Below the pieces are notes generated by a model, which saw nothing but the letters and a program-made list of their open reading frames with translations, searched no databases and was not told where the DNA came from. From the NCBI GenBank assembly GCA_003151155.1, contig PLWX01000066.1, forward strand, positions 10,559 through 74,558: DNA of 64,000 bases, given 5' to 3'. Below are positions 58,939-64,000 of the stretch, in pieces. Source of the DNA: Acidobacteriaceae bacterium (lineage in GTDB: Bacteria > Acidobacteriota > Terriglobia > Terriglobales > Acidobacteriaceae). Each line of letters starts with the position of its first letter. Position 1 is the first letter of the stretch. Both the position numbers and the translations under genes were made by a program.

Positions 58939-59649
58939 TTACTCTCGTTCCGGGGCGGAGAAAGTGTTGACGCGCGTCACGCAACCGAGACCATGGAGAC
59001 TTGAGAGCAAGCGCTGGCGCTCGCCCATGGTGCAAGTGACCACGAATTGCATGCGATAGTGGCTGTTCGATTTTGTCACCTGCACGCTCTCCATCAAGTG
59101 ATGCATGTCTTCGAGAACTTCATTGATCGAGTTGGTCAGTTCCTCCGCGCTCTCGCCGAAGACCTCGTAAAGTGTGGGTACCGGCTTCAGGTTGAACTTG
59201 GTCTCCGCAGCCCCGAGCCCGATCAGCGAAAGGATAATGAGGATGGTGGAACATACAGCCGTCAGATACAACCCGCCGCCAGCGGCCATTCCGACCGAGG
59301 CCACCACGAACAACGTAGCTGCGGTTGTAATACCCTGTACCGAACCGCGGGAATGAAGGATGGATCCGGCGCCGATAAATCCGATGCCGGGGATGATCTG
59401 TGCCGCAACCCGAGTGTGATCGCCGCTGAATTCCCCCGCAAGCTCTGCGGAAAGCACCGTGAACATCGCCGCGCCGAGACAAATGAACATGTTGGTGCGA
59501 AGGCCGGCGGGCTTGTGCTTCAGTTCGCGTTCGAGACCGATGGCTCCGCCGAGAAGAGCCGCGAGGCCGACCCGGAACAGGTTAGACCCCAGTTCCCAGT
59601 AAGGCTCGAATTTGACGCCGTGTGCGGCTGCCCAACCGATAGCATTCAT
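58939..59649 (-). CDS. MgtC/SapB family membrane protein
   Basis: IGLERE...AGLRT, RVAAQIIPGIGFIGAG, GITTAAT. Confidence 0.92.
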   Translation of the reverse strand: MNAIGWAAAHGVKFEPYWELGSNLFRVGLAALLGGAIGLERELKHKPAGLRTNMFICLGAAMFTVLSAELAGEFSGDHTRVAAQIIPGIGFIGAGSILHSRGSVQGITTAATLFVVASVGMAAGGGLYLTAVCSTILIILSLIGLGAAETKFNLKPVPTLYEVFGESAEELTNSINEVLEDMHHLMESVQVTKSNSHYRMQFVVTCTMGERQRLLSSLHGLGCVTRVNTFSAPERE

Positions 59650-59709
59650 GAATCGCAACCGATTCTAGCACTCGCAATTCGCGGCTGGGATTGCGTCGCA
59701 TGGTTCACT

Positions 59710-61353
59710 CTAGAGCGGGGGCGCATTGCGCAGAGCGCTACGATACAGCGTCGCAGGCGGTTGTCCTTCCACGTGGAGAATGACCATGCTCTGCAAGCCT
59801 TCGGGATGGAGATGCGCCGCCTTCGACACTTCGTCATCGTCGAATGCAATCAAGTAATCGGCATCCTGCGCCGGTTGATTCAGCGCTCCCTGCCACTGCC
59901 AGAAGATACCTTCCCAGATCACGTGATCGAGGTGACGGCCGGCAGTTTGAAGCGCACCTACATAGGAACCGGTTTCCATGAGAATCGTGGAATTCTCCGG
60001 CATCTTGGAAATATAGCGAGCTACCGTGATGTCCAGCGACATGCGGGCTTTGCCGTTTGCGCGTGCCTCGCGCAGGCAGATTGGCGTGGCGCGCCAGGCC
60101 CATGCATATCCGCCAGTGATGAGTGCGACTACCGCGATGGGCAAGGCAATTTTCCAGCGTTGCGGTATCGTCGCCATCTTACCCATTCCTGCCAGCATCG
60201 CGAGACTCACCGCGAATGCAGGAATCAACTCCAACCCGTAACGCACGTTGTAATAGGAGAAGGGCCACCATTCCGGAAGGAAGATTGGAACACTGCCATA
60301 CGCAATGGAGAGCGCGTAGAAGACTAGCGGTGTCCAGAACACCAGCCAGATCCATCCTCCCCGCAGGGTCAGTAAAATCGCGGCGCAGCCGAGCAGAACT
60401 GCAGCCATAAGAAAAAACTGCCAAGTCCCTTCCGCCATATTCAACTTCGCAGCCTTGAGGAAATACAAGGCGGCCGTCGTTGGATGGTCTTTTCCGGGAT
60501 AGGGCGGTGCGCCTTGCGGCGTAGTGCGCTGAGCGATGGCCTTGGCAGAGTATGGACCGTTGGCAAAGTCCATGGGCTGGCGAGAAAGCAGGTAGTTGTA
60601 GCTCAACCAGAGTGTAGGCACGAGCGCACAGAGCAGGAAAAAGTCAGTCGCCGACCTTCGCAAGGCGGCTTGCTGCTTCTTCGACTGCGTGCCCCAATTC
60701 CGGAGCAGAACGATGAGTGCCGTGATACCGCACACCGCGGCTAACATCCAACCGTCGTAACGGGTCAAGATCGCGCCCGCGAGCGCAATGGCGCAACGGT
60801 TGAGCGCCTGAGAAGCGGATAGCATTCCAGCTGTCTTCGTGTCCGGCGAACTCAGTGCGCGGGCGAAGCAATCGAGGTACACGATAGCCCAGATCATCAG
60901 CGCGAGAAAGACAGTCTCACCCATGGCAGTCGCCTGCATATAGAGCAGGTTGGGATTGAGCAGGTAGATTGCCGATGCGAGCCCTCCCAAAGCGTGCGAG
61001 GTTCGCGCTGAAACCAGGCGATAGAGTCCGACGGCCCCGAGGACAAAGGCCACCATCGATGGAAGCGAACCGCCGATTCCACTCACCCAGAAATTGTCGG
61101 AGAGTAAAAACGGAACCATCAACAGGTGGGGCAACGGCAGCCAAACAGTACCGAGTTGACGAATGCCGGGCTCGCGGCAGTCGAAGATGCGTCGCGCAAT
61201 ATTGATGTGGGCAACGGCGTCGCCGTAGAGCAGTATCTCTCCGCGACGATAGAACAATAGAAAAGCACAGAACGAAATCAGCGCACCGCAGAGAGCCACG
61301 ATCCCGGAGTAGTCGATCGGAAGCGTCTCGGCGGCTGGCTTGGCTCTCTTCAT
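59710..61353 (-). CDS. Multi-TM GT-C (PMT/ArnT-like) glycosyltransferase
   Basis: YGDAVAH, WLPLPH, NPNLLY...E, LTRYDGW. Confidence 0.7.
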   Translation of the reverse strand: MKRAKPAAETLPIDYSGIVALCGALISFCAFLLFYRRGEILLYGDAVAHINIARRIFDCREPGIRQLGTVWLPLPHLLMVPFLLSDNFWVSGIGGSLPSMVAFVLGAVGLYRLVSARTSHALGGLASAIYLLNPNLLYMQATAMGETVFLALMIWAIVYLDCFARALSSPDTKTAGMLSASQALNRCAIALAGAILTRYDGWMLAAVCGITALIVLLRNWGTQSKKQQAALRRSATDFFLLCALVPTLWLSYNYLLSRQPMDFANGPYSAKAIAQRTTPQGAPPYPGKDHPTTAALYFLKAAKLNMAEGTWQFFLMAAVLLGCAAILLTLRGGWIWLVFWTPLVFYALSIAYGSVPIFLPEWWPFSYYNVRYGLELIPAFAVSLAMLAGMGKMATIPQRWKIALPIAVVALITGGYAWAWRATPICLREARANGKARMSLDITVARYISKMPENSTILMETGSYVGALQTAGRHLDHVIWEGIFWQWQGALNQPAQDADYLIAFDDDEVSKAAHLHPEGLQSMVILHVEGQPPATLYRSALRNAPPL

Positions 61354-62279
61354 CAGTCGAGATGGGTGAGGTCGCGGAAGATCGCAAGGCGACTTTCGAT
61401 CTCATCGCGCTGTAACGATTCCAATCGTTCGGTACCGAAACGTTCGACGGCGAACGATCCCATCACGCTGCCGTAGAACATGGCCTGCTTCAACACGGAG
61501 CGTGTGAGTTTTGACTGCGATGCGATGTAGCCCATGAATCCGCCGGCGAAGGAATCACCAGCACCAGTAGGATCCACGACTTCTTCAAGAGGGAGTGCGG
61601 GAGCGCGAAATGGGTGATGCGAGCCTTCGAAGGCACCGTCACGGAAGAAAATCGTGGCGCCGTACTCACCGTGCTTGATGACCAGGGCCTTCGGTCCGAG
61701 ATCCAGAACTTTACGCGCGGCACGCGGGAGACTCGCGTCGTGCGCCAGCATCTTGGCCTCGCTGTCGTTGATCAACAGGATATCGACGCCCTTCAAAGTC
61801 TCCAGGAGTTCGGCGTGTTTGATGTCGATCCAGAGATTCATGGTGTCGCCGCCAACCATCTTCACCTTGGGCAGTTGTTTCCTTACCTGAAGTTGCAGAA
61901 CCGGGTCGATGTTGGCGAGAAACAGGTAGTCGGAATCGCGATATGCCGCGGGAATCTCGGGATTGAAGTCCTGAAAAACGTTAAGGTCGGTGAACTTAGT
62001 CTTGGCGTCGTTGATGTTCTCCGCGTGATATTCGCCGCCCCAATGGAAGGTCTTGCCGGCAGCGTGGACCAGTCCAGTGGTGTCGATACCGCGTGAGCGC
62101 ATCACGTCCTCGTTTACCGCCGAGAAATCCTCCCCGACCACGGCAATCACACGCACCTTCGTGAAATTGCTCGCCGAAAGGGAAAAATACGTTGCTGCGC
62201 CGCCAAGAATCTTCTCGCGATGCCCGTAAGGCGTTTTAAGCGTGTCAAAAGCGACTGAGCCCACTACCACGATCGACAT
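61353..62279 (-). CDS. PfkB-family carbohydrate/nucleoside kinase
   Basis: GGAA, NDSEA, KHGEYG, DPTGAGDSFAGG. Confidence 0.92.
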   Translation of the reverse strand: MSIVVVGSVAFDTLKTPYGHREKILGGAATYFSLSASNFTKVRVIAVVGEDFSAVNEDVMRSRGIDTTGLVHAAGKTFHWGGEYHAENINDAKTKFTDLNVFQDFNPEIPAAYRDSDYLFLANIDPVLQLQVRKQLPKVKMVGGDTMNLWIDIKHAELLETLKGVDILLINDSEAKMLAHDASLPRAARKVLDLGPKALVIKHGEYGATIFFRDGAFEGSHHPFRAPALPLEEVVDPTGAGDSFAGGFMGYIASQSKLTRSVLKQAMFYGSVMGSFAVERFGTERLESLQRDEIESRLAIFRDLTHLD

Positions 62280-62281
62280 CG

Positions 62282-63163
<882 letters not shown>

Positions 63164-63227
63164 TCAGAATCTCCTGCAACGATGAGCTGAATTCTCGATT
63201 ATAAACAACCAAGAGCTCATTCAGGCT

Positions 63228-64000
63228 TCAGCGGACTCCCAGAACAAATCCGTTCATCGCAGCGAGCTTTCGGATATCGAACATGGGTCCCGTTCTGATC
63301 GGGATCGCCGCAGTGGTTCGTGATGTTCCGGAATCGGCGGCGAGGGCCACACTACGTAGTCGCGCCGCTTCTTCCGGAGGGAAACTCTCCATGGCGATTA
63401 CGACGCTCCCCACTCTTTCCACGGACACTTCCCCGGTTTCTGTCTGTTTTCGAATCTTATTGGTGTCCGATTTCTCTCCAGTGACGTCGGTACGAAGATT
63501 TTTGTAGCGTTGCTTCCATGAGTTGGCAAACAGCTTTGTGAATTGTGCTGCGCTGTCTTCGTCACTCCACTTGGAGACGTAAACAAAAGCAACGTTCTGC
63601 GCTGCGGTCCCCTTTTTGTGCGCCGCGTAGTAATAACCGCCGCGCCAGTCCGGCGTCAGTTCCTGCGAGGTATCCGCGTCGGCATAGAGCTCCATCAGTA
63701 CGTTAACGTCGAACTGACCTAACGCGCCAAAGTCGACCTGCTCCCATCCGTGCCCCAGGACTTTGTCGTAATTCGGGACGGTCAGCAATGGGGTATGTTC
63801 GCCGGACAGATAGGTTCGGGGCTGCATAACCTCGCGCGTGTCCTGCGGAGGATGGTCCAATGTTCCCTTGAACGCCCCCTGCTTACCTTGGCTGACAAGG
63901 ATCTGCCGTTCGAACTCTGTCCCCTCGCGGTAGGCGAACATTAGCGCGCGCTTGATGTAGAGCGGGGCGCTGGCGAACACTGGGGATCCGGCGCCGTCCA
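63228..64000 (-). CDS. Hypothetical protein, C-terminal part (start lies beyond the window)
   Basis: Open frame to the window end; FAYREG.F, PP.DT..V..P..Y, W.G motifs. Confidence 0.7.
   Translation of the reverse strand, partial: DGAGSPVFASAPLYIKRALMFAYREGTEFERQILVSQGKQGAFKGTLDHPPQDTREVMQPRTYLSGEHTPLLTVPNYDKVLGHGWEQVDFGALGQFDVNVLMELYADADTSQELTPDWRGGYYYAAHKKGTAAQNVAFVYVSKWSDEDSAAQFTKLFANSWKQRYKNLRTDVTGEKSDTNKIRKQTETGEVSVERVGSVVIAMESFPPEEAARLRSVALAADSGTSRTTAAIPIRTGPMFDIRKLAAMNGFVLGVR

Overview
GC-rich bacterial chromosomal window, very likely Acidobacteriota (Koribacter/Terriglobales-like). This rests on the tmRNA tag ANTQMAYAA, a PadR plus duplicated orphan ABC permease pair, and acidobacterial-type REP hairpins. 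It holds housekeeping genes (carA, lepB, mazG, ssrA, tsaC, rarA, mtnP, ku), bshC, kup, a Crp/Fnr-ric nitrosative-stress pair, a cytochrome c-HybA-HybB module with a heme-motif sensor kinase and sigma54 activator, and a large peptidoglycan-recycling cluster (serine hydrolase-NamZ fusion, AmiE-like, murQ, mpl, ldcA, dapF). No integrase, canonical transposase or CRISPR array was seen. Best leads: (1) a 500-bp unit with a GxxExxY nuclease-fold gene enclosed by a 33-bp inverted repeat built from CACGGAG units, between trmH and rarA; (2) a tandem-Cys leader ORF (MPRLFYSRCCC) behind a near-consensus sigma70 promoter and ahead of a clade-D beta-carbonic anhydrase/COS-hydrolase-like gene that is frameshifted at a CCGC microsatellite; (3) a DapF with both catalytic cysteines replaced by serines; (4) a local CRP-type box regulon that includes an unannotated 42-aa membrane protein. 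Several frameshifts sit in short homopolymers and may be sequencing errors. All product calls come from motif recognition by eye; no database searches were run.
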